Positions 13,359 to 25,566 of a stretch of 64,000 nucleotides of DNA are shown piece by piece (position 1 is the first letter of the stretch; each line of letters opens with the position of its first letter). Under the pieces are notes generated by a model. It did not search any database and had not been told where the DNA came from. It was given only the letters and a program-made list of their open reading frames with translations. The stretch covers positions 213,342,001 to 213,406,000 of the forward strand of contig OX597815.1 in the NCBI GenBank assembly GCA_951406725.2, in the 5' to 3' direction. Both the position numbers and the translations under genes were made by a program. The stretch comes from Octopus vulgaris. Its lineage: Eukaryota.

Positions 13359-13798
13359 TAATGGTTTCAAATTTTGCCACAAGGGCAGCATTTTGGGGGA
13401 GGGGATGAGTTGATTACACTGTATCCAGTGTTTCACTGGTACTTAATTTATTGACCCTGAAAGAATGAAAGGCAAAGTCGACCTTGGCAGAATTTGAACT
13501 CAGAATGTAGCGATGGGCAAAATATGACTAAGCATTTCATGAAACATGCTAACAATTCTTCCAGCTGGCTAATAATGGTTTCAAAATTTGGCACAAAGCC
13601 AGCAAGTTTGGGGGAGAGAGTAAATTGATTACATTGATCCCAGTGCTCGACTGGTACTTATTTTATTGACCCCAAAAGGATGAAAGGCAAAGTCAACCCC
13701 AGCAGCATTTGCACTCAGAATGTAAAGATGGATGAAATACACATTTCATCTGGCTTGCTAATGATTCTGCCAGCTTGTCATCTTAATAATAATAATAA

Positions 13799-14189
13799 TC
13801 TATATATATAAAGCTGAAGTTGTCTGTGTGTAGCAGGTTTGGTAGCCTTCAACTAACACTATCTCCTCCAAGACCCTGTGGCGCAAGTTGACCAAAATTG
13901 AGATTATGATAGAAGAAGGCTTGCTCTTCCTTCCGTAGAAGAAAAAAATTCAAATCGGACCATGTTAACACCAAAAATTATTTACATCAAAAAGGTGCAT
14001 TTTTTTCTATGAAAATCCCAATTTTTATGAATTTTTGACTGCTGTGTTGCCATTTTTCAGTGTATTTCAACCAGAAAAATGTTCACTTAAAGAGAATAAC
14101 AAGCCACATAATGCAAAATTTTTACTTTTCAAAAATTCCAATTCTAAAGGGTCGAAACAAACCCGAGCAATGTCGGGCAATACTGCTAG
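13799..14189 (+). mobile_element. Non-autonomous Helitron (family 2, copy 2)
   Basis: A|TCtatatatataaagctgaagttgtc...cccgagcaatgtcgggcaatactgCTAG|T, inserted in an (AAT)n tract. Confidence 0.85.
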
Positions 14190-16751
14190 TAATAATAATA
14201 ACAATAAAAATAACAACAAGGTCAGAAAATTTTTGGAAAAGAGATTGCTTATTGTATCAACTCCAGTATTTGAAAGGCATCTTTATCAATCAGAAAAGGA
14301 TGAAAGGCAAAGCTGACCCTGGAAGGATTTGGACTTGGAATGAAACTAAATAGTGTGAGGTGATTTTTTTTTAGAATTCTAATATAGCGATTGATTGAAT
14401 GAGGGACAACCATACAGAGAGATGGATATAATAACATTGATAGATGGATAGAGAGAGAGAGATGGGAACATTGATTGATGGATGAATGGATAGATATGGT
14501 AGCAGAGATAGAAGGAAAGACAAATGTATATTTTGTTTTAATTGGTTCAGTTATACAGAAGCACTGCTTTCATATTATGCACAAAAATTAATCCAACATT
14601 TTTATATGATGATATAGTAATTCATAACGAGGACACAGGCAGCATGACAAACAAGCAATCAGATATTTATGTAGGGGTTGATATGTTGCTTTGGGGTCCT
14701 TAATGAGCATTATCATAGACAGCATTTGAAGCTCTGTGGATCAGAATCCTAATGTATAAATCAGCTTTTATTGATCTGAGGTTCTACTGTTATTCAAATT
14801 AGCTCTCTTTTATTATGCTAATAGAAGCAGCGCATATGCAGTGTGTGTGTCTTTTTAATATTGAACACATGAAAAACCAAAATCTCCTCTTATTTGCAGC
14901 TGTTAAGAGTGCAAGAAGGGGAAAGAAAAGAAGGAAAAAGAGTAATGGAGGGAGTAGGAATGATTATCTTTCATCAATTCAAGGATGAAAGTAAAAAAAA
15001 CAAAAAAACAAATTCAATTATAAAAATACCAAAATTTGGGAAATTATTAAAATTGTTCTTATCAAAGATTATTTGTGAAGCATCATCACCATTGGCACTG
15101 CCATCGTTGTTGTCATCATCATATTCTTAATGTCCCTTTTTCCATGCTTGCACAGGTCAGATGGGACTCATTAAAGCAAATTTCCTGTTGCCCATCTTCA
15201 CCTATTTCCAAGCAAAGTAATACCCCCCCCCACTATGGCCAGACATGCTTTCATGGAAGATTGGGGGAAAATGGCATTGTTTGCAAGATGTTGACACTCA
15301 TTTTACGATTATCATGTGATATGACCCACCCCCTTCCACACACACACACACACACATTTGCACATTTGGTTTCTTTCAATTTCTGTCTACTACATCAATC
15401 ACGAGGCTTGGGTCGGTCAGTCTGAGGATGTAGTAGAAAACACTTCCCCCAAGGTGCCATGCAGTGAGACTGAACCTAAAACCATGTGGTTGAGAAACAA
15501 CTTTCTTAACCCCATAACCATGCCTGCACTAAGTATGAAAAGTAAAAAAAAAAAAATAAAAGAAGAAAAAAGGATGAGTTTTATTTGACTCATTAATTTA
15601 TTCCTGCTTATCAGTTGTGAATGGATAGTAAGTAACGGATATTGTCTTTAAAAGATAACGAATGGAGAGAAAATGAAAATTGCTAAGAATTTGTCAAACA
15701 TTATACTTCAACAGTGTTAGACACACATTTCAGATAGAATAATTCCATATTAATGAAAGAGATAACAAAAGAGATTGATTGGGGTAAAAGACAGGTTTTA
15801 GTGAGACTGAGATAGGACGGAATATTTTTGTCTGCAATTTGATATATCCCTTAACAGGTGAGGTCAGGGGCAGATAAAACAATTAGGCAAGGAGTGACTT
15901 GTTAGAATTTCTGAAACCAGAGGATACAGATCAGGATTAGAACACAGATATTGCATGATAAATATATAATACTCTATATTTAAGTCACACACACACACAC
16001 GTACTGTAAACTAACTTATACACGCCAAATTTGTGGGTATTCTATGGAAAATAAAGGAATTCTCAAACTCAGGAAGTCTGTGAAGATAGCTTAGAAAATC
16101 TAGTAAATCCCCTTTAGAAGACAGAAAAAAAGTGACCAGCAAGCCTTCACATGGAATTGAAACCTGCACCTCTCAAATTCTGGCTGAGCACTCTGTACCA
16201 TTAAGCTATCTACATGTGTGTGTATGAGTGTGTGTGATCATCCTTTTATGTCTACTTTTCCAAGTTTACATAGTGCGGATGGAACTTAGATGCAAATTTT
16301 CTATAGCAAGATGCACTTCCTGCCACCAACTTTCACCTGTTTCTAAGTAAGGTGATATTTCCCCATAACGAGACATGTTTTTGGAGAAGATTCAGAAGAA
16401 AGGACTCTCCTGGCATGACGGTGATTTCATTTGCAGCAATCAAACAATGTCAAGGTCAGGAGATACTGACCCACAAACATACACACAAATATATTTATTC
16501 TTTTATGCATTTCAGCCCAAAGGTTGTAGCCATGCTGGAGCACTGCTGTTGTTACCAGGGTTTGAATAGTCATTCTTATGTGATTGGCTTTTGGTAAAGA
16601 AAAGAGTTTGACATTGCTGCCCTCTTGTAAGTTTCTTGCCATGATGTAGGTTCTTCTGGGGCCATGGAGAGCAGGAGGTCAAGATCTTTCTTGAAAACTT
16701 CTATCCCTATTCCATGTACATTTCTCATATGTTTGGCAAGAAAATATTAGC

Positions 16752-16823
16752 CTCCCCTGCAGGGAATCCAACCCTGGCCTCCTGCATGACAGGCAAGGAT
16801 GCTTGCCATTATACCACCAAGAA
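16752..16823 (-). pseudogene. tRNA-Asp(GTC) pseudogene
   Basis: 72 nt, TTCTTGGTGGTATAATGGCAAGCATCCTTGCCT-GTC-ATGCAGGAGGCCAGGGTTGGATTCCCTGCAGGGGAG. Collinear with eukaryotic tRNA-Asp but with CpG-type decay and a broken T-loop (GTTGGA). Confidence 0.75.
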
Positions 16824-17023
16824 CTGTGTATTTTTTCAATGTGTACAAATAACATGGAAAAAATAAATAAATAGTTACTAGGATAGCAAAAATTCACATA
16901 AGTAGCATGGATGTAACAGCCTGCTTATAAAGGTGGAAATTCCAGGGTTTAGTGAAATATTTTTGAATAACATAGATAAATAAAGAAATGGAGTTGAATG
17001 CAGGTGTTATTCAAATCTTTATA

Positions 17024-17111
17024 TTTCCGACATATGTTTCGAAGAACACATTGGTATTATTCCAGAGGGAATAAAATGATGTAAAACAACGCGATCTTCT
17101 CATCAGGTAAA
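17024..17111 (-). ncRNA. Type I hammerhead ribozyme motif with long stem II insertion
   Basis: Minus strand reads UUUAC-CUGAUGA-GAAGA-(~50 nt containing hairpin UAUUCC/GGAAUA)-UCUUC-GAAA-CAUAUG-UC-GGAAA. Core is intact; stem I has one mismatch. Confidence 0.75.
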
Positions 17112-17165
17112 AAAGCGAGAAACAAAACACATCAACAAGGCATTTTAACCAAATGTGATTACTGC

Positions 17166-17466
17166 ATATATGATGAAGGAAACGTTGGCAAGTTATTTAA
17201 AAAAATAAAACGTTAATAGACTTAACGTCAAATGCAATTTATAGAAAGAGAAGGAGGAGAAAGAAAGAAATTAGCAGAAAACTAAGGGTGGACAAATATA
17301 GTGCAATAGACGAAAGGGAATAAAGCTATTGCACTATATTTCTCCACTCTTAGTTTTCTGCTAATTTCTTTCTTTCTCCTTCTTTTTCTATAAATTGTAT
17401 TTGACATTAAATCTGTTAACGTTTTTTTACAAAAAATAACTCGCCAGCGTTGCCTTCATCATATAT
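17166..17466. repeat. Long imperfect inverted repeat (~140-bp arms, 16-nt loop)
   Basis: Left arm 17166-17309 (atatatgatgaagg...gtgcaatag) is the reverse complement of 17326-17466 (ctattgcac...ccttcatcatatat), with scattered mismatches. Confidence 0.95.
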
Positions 17467-17923
17467 CAGACCGTTTCTGAAATAGAAGATAGTCATTTGT
17501 TGTTGCCGGATTTAGATGGTGAATAGATTGTTGTGATTTTTGTGGGAAGTTAAGAAAAAGCTTCTTTAATCCCTTCTTAATGCAGATTTAGAATGAGTTA
17601 AGCTATTAACTGTTGCACACCCACATCCACCCACACACACACATACATGCATATACACATGTACATGTGTATATGTGTATTTATTCAGGTATCTATTTAG
17701 CTTTAATTAATTATATACAACACAGTGCTAATAAGATAATCTGAAATTTAATGTAGGTATGCCTACAATTTTAGCTTTGCTGTGGAATGTAACCAAGTAT
17801 ATAAACAAATGTTGATATATCTCAGAGCAGAAAGATTTTAAGACTGTCCTGACTTGTTTCATCTCTTTTCGATGACTAATTGGGAGGAAAAGTAGCCATA
17901 CTAAAAAACAAATGATAGTAGGC

Positions 17924-17966
17924 GATCTCTGATGAATCACCGATAAGTGATAAAACTAGTCAGGAC
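17924..17966 (+). ncRNA. Degenerate hammerhead motif (G12A core mutation)
   Basis: CTGATGA-ATCAC-CGATAA-GTGAT-AAAA-CTAG-TC-AGG: 5-bp stem II, palindromic stem III, GUC triplet, but AAAA replaces GAAA. Confidence 0.6.
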
Positions 17967-19003
17967 AGTCCCAAAATGTTTCTGTATACAAAGAAAGAAT
18001 ACAGACACTTTGCAATGAGACTAGATGCATAGCTATACTTATATCAAATTTTAGACTATCCAATAATCCTTTTATGGCTCATTATTAAATCATTAATTAA
18101 AGACAAAAAGGTGTGACTGTGAATATATATATATATACACTCACTCACACACACCGCACAAATAAACACATATACACATAAAGTAATAAAAAGAATACAG
18201 TGAAATTGCTGTGGGGGAGTGGATTTTCTACTTCCCACAAGGATTTTACTGCACTATTTTTGTCAATCTTTTTAAATACAAGCCTTGTCAATGCAGACCA
18301 CTACCAGTCTCTTTGGATTCTCTTCACACACACACACACGTGCTGACAGCAACTTCTTGTCAGAAGAGTGTCATCTCTTCATTGAAGATATTTTTCTACT
18401 CTAGGCACAAGGTCCGAAATTTTGGAGGAGGGGGCCAGTTGATTAGATTGACCCCAATACGCAACTGGCACTTAATTTATCAACCCCTAAAGGATGAAAG
18501 GCAAAGTCGACCTCAGTGGAATTTGAACTTAGAGCATAAAAACAGACGAAACACTGCTAAGCATTTCACCTGGTGTGCTAACATTTCTGCCATCACGCTG
18601 CCTTCTCTTCATTGCATGATCAGGTGCATGCAGGTGGCTTTTCAGCCCAGCTTTCATTCTGTGGGGAACATTTACAAGTGCAACACTTATTTCTCTTTCC
18701 AGTAAAAATGTCTCATGGTGCATACTGTGGTAGAACCATCTCACAGCAGCTCCATTTCTCTCTGGCTCATGTAACTTTAGGTCACTGCCAAACTCAGTTC
18801 TGGAGAGAAGAAATCATCCACACATTTCAATTCCTGCTGGGTTTCTGCAGGCACTGTTCTTGAGTCCTGCTTCAAAGCAATATCCTCCATTCACTTTTGC
18901 TCAAAGATACCGTCTGTACATGATAGCCTCTCTCCATGATGTATGGCTTCCTGCCAATGTTTCCTGTACTCAAAAAGACCTGTCCTCCACCACAGAAGTA
19001 CAA

Positions 19004-19235
19004 GGCAGTGAGCTGCCAGAAACGTTAGCATGCCAGGTGAAATGCTTAGCGATATTTCATCTGCCGTTATGTTCTGAGTTCAAATTCCGCTGAGGCCGAC
19101 TTTGCCTTTCATCCTTTCGGGGTTGATAAATTAAGTACCAGTTACGCACTGGGGTCAATGTAATCGACTTAATCCCTTTGTGTGTCCTTGTTTGTCCCCT
19201 CTACATTTAGCTCCTTGTGGGCAATAAAGAAACAA
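19004..19235 (+). mobile_element. SINE family B
   Basis: Collinear with consensus; an inverted partner lies at ~18390-18603. Confidence 0.8.
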
Positions 19236-19460
19236 GAAGTGTTAAGGCTGCATACCCTGGTGAAGAAGATTGGCCAACAAGAATCCTGTGTCCAGGCCAT
19301 GTAAATAGCATTTGTACTGGTGCCACGTAAAAAAAACTTGGTGGCATGCTAAAAGTGGTTGGAGTTAGGAAGGAGTTAGGAAGTTTTGGCTGGATAAAAT
19401 TGACTAGCCCCTTCCCCACAAATTTCAGGCCTTGTGCTCATAACAGAGAGCACGTGTGTG

Positions 19461-19517
<57 letters not shown>

Positions 19518-20373
19518 CTTTTGAGAAAAATAATTGCATATATTTCATTAAAACAAAAGGCTACAAAAGATTTAATAATTAAAGGGAGGTCAAATGTCAG
19601 AAAAGACAACACCTTTACAATAAGTACCTAGCAATATTTATAATATAAATAGCAAGGATAGGAGGCAGGAAGAGGAGGAGGAGGAAGCTAACGTGAGAAA
19701 AAGTTTAAGATGAAGAAGAAGAAGTGGATGAAAAAAGCTAAACTGAAAAATGAGAAATAATAAAATGAAAAAGAAAAAGAAAATCAAGAAGAATAGGAAA
19801 AAAAGAGAAGAGCAAAAACAACAGGAAAAAGAAGAAATAATAGAAACTGAAGAGGAATAAGAACAAGATTCAAAAATAAAAACAGGAGAAGCAAAAAGAA
19901 GAATAGAAAAAAAAAAGGACTCAAAAAGAAAATATTAAGAAGACAAAGGAGGAGTAGGAGAAGAAAGGGGAGTAGAAGGAGTAGGAAAAAAAGGGGAGTA
20001 GAAGGAGTAGGAGAAGCCGAAGAGCATAGTAACAAGTCTAAAAGAAACTAAAAAAAGAAAAAAAGAAACAGCAATTATCCTTGCAGGTTCTGTGGAGAGT
20101 GAAGTAGAAGAATGAGTGTATCACAAAGATAAAAAGGGGAGGAAAAAGGAAGGAAAAGTAAAAAGCAGAGAGACACCATGAAGACAGTAGTGACAATCAG
20201 AAGAACATTATGACCATGATACAACATAATAAAAGTGAATGGTGCCAGTTAGCTATGAATAAAAGCAAAAAATTTAGTAGCTGAGACAGAGTAGCTGAAA
20301 TGTGGTGTGATTTATATGACATAAGAATCCAAAGTGAGGAAATGAAATTCAGCTCCAGTAATTAATTGCAATC

Positions 20374-20439
20374 CGTCTATTAGAGAGAGTAAGGAGAGAG
20401 TAGGCAACGTCTATTAGAGAGAAAGGAGAGAGTAGGCAA
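20374..20439. repeat. ~33-bp tandem duplication
   Basis: cgtctattagagaga(gt)aaggagagagtaggcaa x2. Confidence 0.85.
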
Positions 20440-20732
20440 TAGCCAGGCTGTGCCAAGCTAGATTTATTAAGGTCAACGTTCTTACATAGATTTCACAGTA
20501 ACATTGTCTCTTACACTGATATATTCTCTTTATAAGTATTACCTACTATCTGTTTTGTTGCTTTGTATATATATATATATATACATACTTGTGCTTAGTA
20601 CAACCTGCACTAAAGACTGTTGGAATACATTGGAATTAGTTCAGTTCAGGCAGAAGTCAGAAGAAGCCACAACTAGTTTTGAAACTTCTTTCAAAATGCT
20701 TTCATTATACACAGTATTGGTATATAGGTCAA

Positions 20733-21075
20733 GGCACATGGCTCAGTGGTTAGAGTGTCGGATTCACAATCATGAGGTAGTGAGTTTGATTCCCAGACCA
20801 GGCTGTTTGTTGTGTTCTTGAGCAAGGCACTTTATTTCACGTCGCCCCATTTCACTCAGCTGTAGAAATGAGTTGCAACATCACTGGTGCCAAGTTGTAT
20901 TGGCCCCTTTGTCCTTTCCCTTGGATAACATCAGTGGTGTGGACTGGGGAGGTTAATATGCATGGGTGGCTGCTGGCCTTCCATAAACAACCTTGTCTGG
21001 ATTTGTGCCTCAGAGGGTAACTTTGTAGGTGCAATCCCATTGTCATTCATGAACGAAGGGGGTCTTTACCCATTA
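20733..21075 (+). mobile_element. SINE family D
   Basis: Collinear with the reverse complement of 6590-6913. Confidence 0.75.
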
Positions 21076-22628
21076 CCCTTATATTGGTTTCAAATTTTGG
21101 CACACGGCCAGCAATTTGCAGGGAAGAGCTAAGTTGATTGCATTGACTTCAGTACTTAACTGGTACTCATCTTATTGACCCTGAAAGGATGACAGGCAAA
21201 GTTGACCGCAGTGGAATTTGAACTCAGAATGTGAAGATGGATGAAATGCTGCTAAGCATTTTACCTGGCATGCTAACGATTCTGCCAGCTAGCCACCTTA
21301 TACACAGTATTATATTAACTGTAAAGAAAATTATTTGCAATTTGAAATGAAAAAAAAGTAGACTGGGAGGGACTGGACTAAACCCCACCATCTGAGTTAA
21401 CTTCTTTGTGGTCTTCATAAAATGAGTTCCTGTAAAGAATACCCAAACACAGAATTTCAAAACATTACTGATGTTAGTTCCCCTTAATCTATTCCTTTAT
21501 TCTTTTATTTGTTCCAGTTTTGGTGGCCAAGGTGGGTCACCACCTTAAAAGGTGCTTTTTAGTTGAACAAATTGATCCCAGTGAAGACATGTCAAGCTAA
21601 GTAAATATGTGGTCGTCCTTGCATCCAAACATGTCCCCTACATCCCCCTTCAGCTGAGCTTTCCTAATTTCTTGCATGGTTAGCTCAAAGCAATGTGAGT
21701 GAATAAGTATTACATTTGACAGAATAATCAGAAAGCTAAGGGGTTAAAAGAATTGGGAACATGTGGCTTTTTGTAACATTTTTTGAAATGTAACATAGTA
21801 AAATGTGACAATGTCATTAACTGGCTCAGCAAGGAAATATTGAGATTATCTTCAAAGTATTAAAAGACTAATGTTAGGGTGCACTAAAGATTAAAGATTA
21901 AAGATTAAAGGCTCATGCAGTGACAAGTCATATATTTTTTAGCAAGTTTTGTGTTGAAAGGAGAAATATTAAGCAATGAGAGACTGCTTTGTATTTGTTA
22001 CGGAAATGTTTACATTGAACAGCTTAAAGATTTTTAACAAGGGAGTTTCCTGATTTCTGGCAGATTGTCAAGAAAATGTAACTCTAAATGTAGAGGATTC
22101 ACTGGAGCAGCGAAGAAGATGAGCATTTTTTGACTGAAAGTTTATGAAACAGATTTTATAAACTCACTGCAAGTAGTAGATAAGGTTTATTTATTTATGA
22201 TGTAATTAGTAGTACTACAGGGATAATGCAATTAGTGCTAGTATGAAAGTGTTGAGCTGATGTTTCAAGAACTACCATTTTTGTTGGAAACAAAGGCTGT
22301 AATCAGTGTGGGTGCGTCTATGGTTTATATGAACCTGCTAGAAATAACAGCCAAATCCCTCTCTGATCAAAGGTGTTAAAGCTATGATCATGCCATCTAT
22401 TTTCAAAGCATACTATATTTAGAACAACATCATCTGGCATCTCTTTTTTTTTTAAATGGTAGGATATCATCTGAAAGAAATAAGGCTGCTATTTTCAGCA
22501 AGTTGAGTGACCATGTAGATGTTCTCTAGTTGCTTCATTCAATATTACCAATAAATATTTGATTTAAATTTTTCCATAAGATTGTTTTTTAATGGTTGTT
22601 TTTTAGTTGGGCACATGGCCTTTTACAC

Positions 22629-22664
<36 letters not shown>

Positions 22665-23611
22665 GGCGTTTAGAGACCTAACTGAGTCACCTTCAATCTA
22701 GCTGAGGCGTCACAAGTCTCCTTGATGATAAGGATGGCTCAGTGTGGAGTTCTTGGGGAGACTTTTAGATCTGAGCAGTAGTTTCCACAACTTAAATAGG
22801 TGATGACATAGGCTAAATGCAAGTGTGTGTGTGTGTGTATGTATATAGTCATCATCATTTTAATGTCCACATTTACGCTTGCCTCAACAAAACTTTGAGC
22901 CAGAACTTTCTATAGCCGAATGCATTTCTTGTCCCCAATTGTCCCCTATTCCAAGTAAGGTAATATTTACTCTGGTCTTTTGAAGAATGAACAGCTCAAT
23001 GAGTGATAATACTTTCGTAGAGAATTGCAAACAAAGGACACCATTTGAATGGCAATGACTATTGTTTGCACTTGGTGCATTCATGTCAGGACAAGGGGAA
23101 ACGCATAATCTTCCAGTTTCTATTTATCAAATTCCTCACACAAAGCATTGTAGAAAGTCACCAGCCAATAGCGTCCATGTAGTGGGTATGAACCGTAAAC
23201 CATGTGGTTTTAAATCAAACTTCTTAATTACATAGTCATGTGACCCCAACCCCTTCTCTTTCTCTCTCTCTCAATATATATATACATACATGTATATACA
23301 TAATAAATAATATCAGGGTAATAAAAATTATAGACAAATTTTACTACCAGTGGCCTAGCATAAAAAAATTAGTCAATAGACTATATATTATTCATATAAA
23401 ATACAGTGTACATTAAAACACATTAAGAGGCTTCCATCATAGGAATCCCTTACGCTAGAAAGAACAGTTAAAGTTCAAACCACTAATTAGGGATAAATTC
23501 TTGAAGGGGATGAAAAATAAAGGTAAATGTTTTTATTTTTCATATATGTATATATATATATGTATATATATGTATATATATATATATCTATATATATAGA
23601 TATATATATAT

Positions 23612-24000
23612 ATGGAATGGAAGCACTCCGTTGGTTACGACGACGAGGGTTCCGGTTGATCCGAATCAACGGAACAGCCTGCTCGTGAAATTAACGTGTA
23701 AGTGGCTGAGCACTCCACAGACACGTGTACCATTAACGTAGTTCTCGGGGATATTCAGCGTGACACAGAGAGTGACAAGGCCGGCCCTTTGAAATACAGG
23801 TACAACAGAAATAGGAAGTAAGAGTGAGAGAAAGTTGTGGTGAAAGAGTACAGCAGGGATCACCACCATCCCCTGCTGGAGCCTCGTGGAGCTTTAGGTG
23901 TTTTCGCTCAATAAACACTCACAACGCCTGGTCTGGGAATCGAAACTGCGATCCTATGACCGCGAGTCCGCTGCCCTAACCACTGGGCCATTGCGCCTCC
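23612..24000 (-). mobile_element. SINE family C (tRNA-derived head)
   Basis: Head ggaggcgcaatggcccagtggttagg...gtttcgattccc; related copies at ~4307-4600 and ~40091-40345. Confidence 0.75.
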
Positions 24001-24011
24001 CCTATATATAG

Positions 24012-24156
<145 letters not shown>

Positions 24157-24865
24157 TATTAATTCTCTACTTGGCCAGTTTACTTCCATGCAAAGATTGT
24201 ATTTTCAAGATTATAATTTTCTTTATTTTTGCCTATCATTTCATTTCCGTTTGGAATCAGATTGTATTTTAAGAAACAGAAAACAAAAGATAAGACAAGA
24301 CAGACAGAAGAATTTTTAAAACCTAAATATAATTCAGCACCTACAGTGTAATATATGTAAACAAATAACTACCATGTTTCATAAAAGAGTTGAAGAATCT
24401 AGACTACGGACAACTAGACTACTGAAAGTGGAAGTATAAAATCAAACGCTTGCATGTTTGTCTCAGATATGTCTAGCGAAAAATAAATGCCATTCGTATG
24501 AGGTTAACATTAGTAAAGGGAGGGGATCAGGGTTATTAAACACATGTGCCAACAATTCAAAAGCAAATAGGCAAATGTCCAAATTTACAGTCAAATTTGC
24601 ACAAATATCACAACTATGCTAATTGCTAACTTTTAGCAGAAAAAATTTTTATGAGAATAGATACAAAAAAAACAAAACAAAAGAAAACAGAAAAATTGCT
24701 TGATATATAAAGTATTTTAATTTGTTTTTGTGAAAATAGTTCTTGAAATGCAGTGCAAATTTATCATTTTTAAATGGCAATTGGTCAGTATTGTTACTCT
24801 TTATGATTCTAAAGATTGCTGTAAAATGGCAGAATTGATAAAGCATTGGAAATAATACCTTGTAG

Positions 24866-25158
24866 CAGTGGCCCCTAATGTTTTTTTGTATCATTGACCA
24901 ATTTCATGCAAAACAATTTTTCTATGGGCCATAGGATCACAAGCACAACAAAATACAATAAAATGCACAATATATGATTTAATTATTTTAATTATTATTT
25001 ATATAATACATATACATGACATATATAATACAAAAGCACCCTGTATATTGCTATAGGCAATAGAAATAGAATTCAAATTTGTTTTTCTTTCTAAGCAGCC
25101 TGGCACCAAATGACCCAGAGCCTCATAAGGTCTGTGGTCTGGTAGTTGGGAACATCTG
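24866..25158. mobile_element. hAT-type MITE
   Basis: CAG...CTG termini with degenerate 8-bp TSD ccttgtag/ccttacag. Confidence 0.55.
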
Positions 25159-25406
25159 CCTTACAGTCTGATTTTGAATTCCTTCTTCTGTGGTCAATAA
25201 AATAAGTACTGAGTGGGTACTAGGCTGTTAGTTTTAATAGACTAATATCCCTCCCATCAAATTTGGAACCTTGTGCCTATGTCAGAAATCAAAAAATTAC
25301 AAAAACAAATCTATGAATATTCTGATTATTTTACTTTTAATAACCAATGCTAATTAATCAAACAATAATTAAATAGTAGCCCACACTACTATAAATATTG
25401 ACTTAC

Positions 25407-25566
25407 CTGCCTCTGTTAGATGATACTGCACTATTTGCTTGTGAAGAAGAACATGATTCCTGCTGGGCTTCCATAAGCAATTTCTCCATATTACCATTAT
25501 GAATAGATTCAGAAAATGTGTCTGTCTCTGCTGGCAGTGACTGGTGGCATAATTCTACCCAAGAAC
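25407..25566 (-). CDS. BNIP3: BNIP3/NIX-family mitophagy receptor, internal coding exon A (LIR + MER region)
   Basis: Minus strand: acceptor ttgcacacag, then 160 nt, then donor gtaagt. Phase 1 in, phase 2 out. Translates (G)SWVELCHQSLPAETDTFSESIHNGNMEKLLMEAQQESCSSSQANSAVSSNRG(S), resembling vertebrate BNIP3 GSWVEL...NGDMEKILLDAQHES. Confidence 0.93.

Noticed and set aside
19655-20165. Lys/Glu-rich or hydrophobic ORF-like purine tract
   Set aside because: Low-complexity A/G sequence with stops and no splice context.
23930-24000. tRNA-like sequences at SINE heads (also ~6845-6913, ~4307-4375, ~20733-20800)
   Set aside because: They continue into SINE bodies and lack a proper acceptor stem, so they are not tRNA genes.
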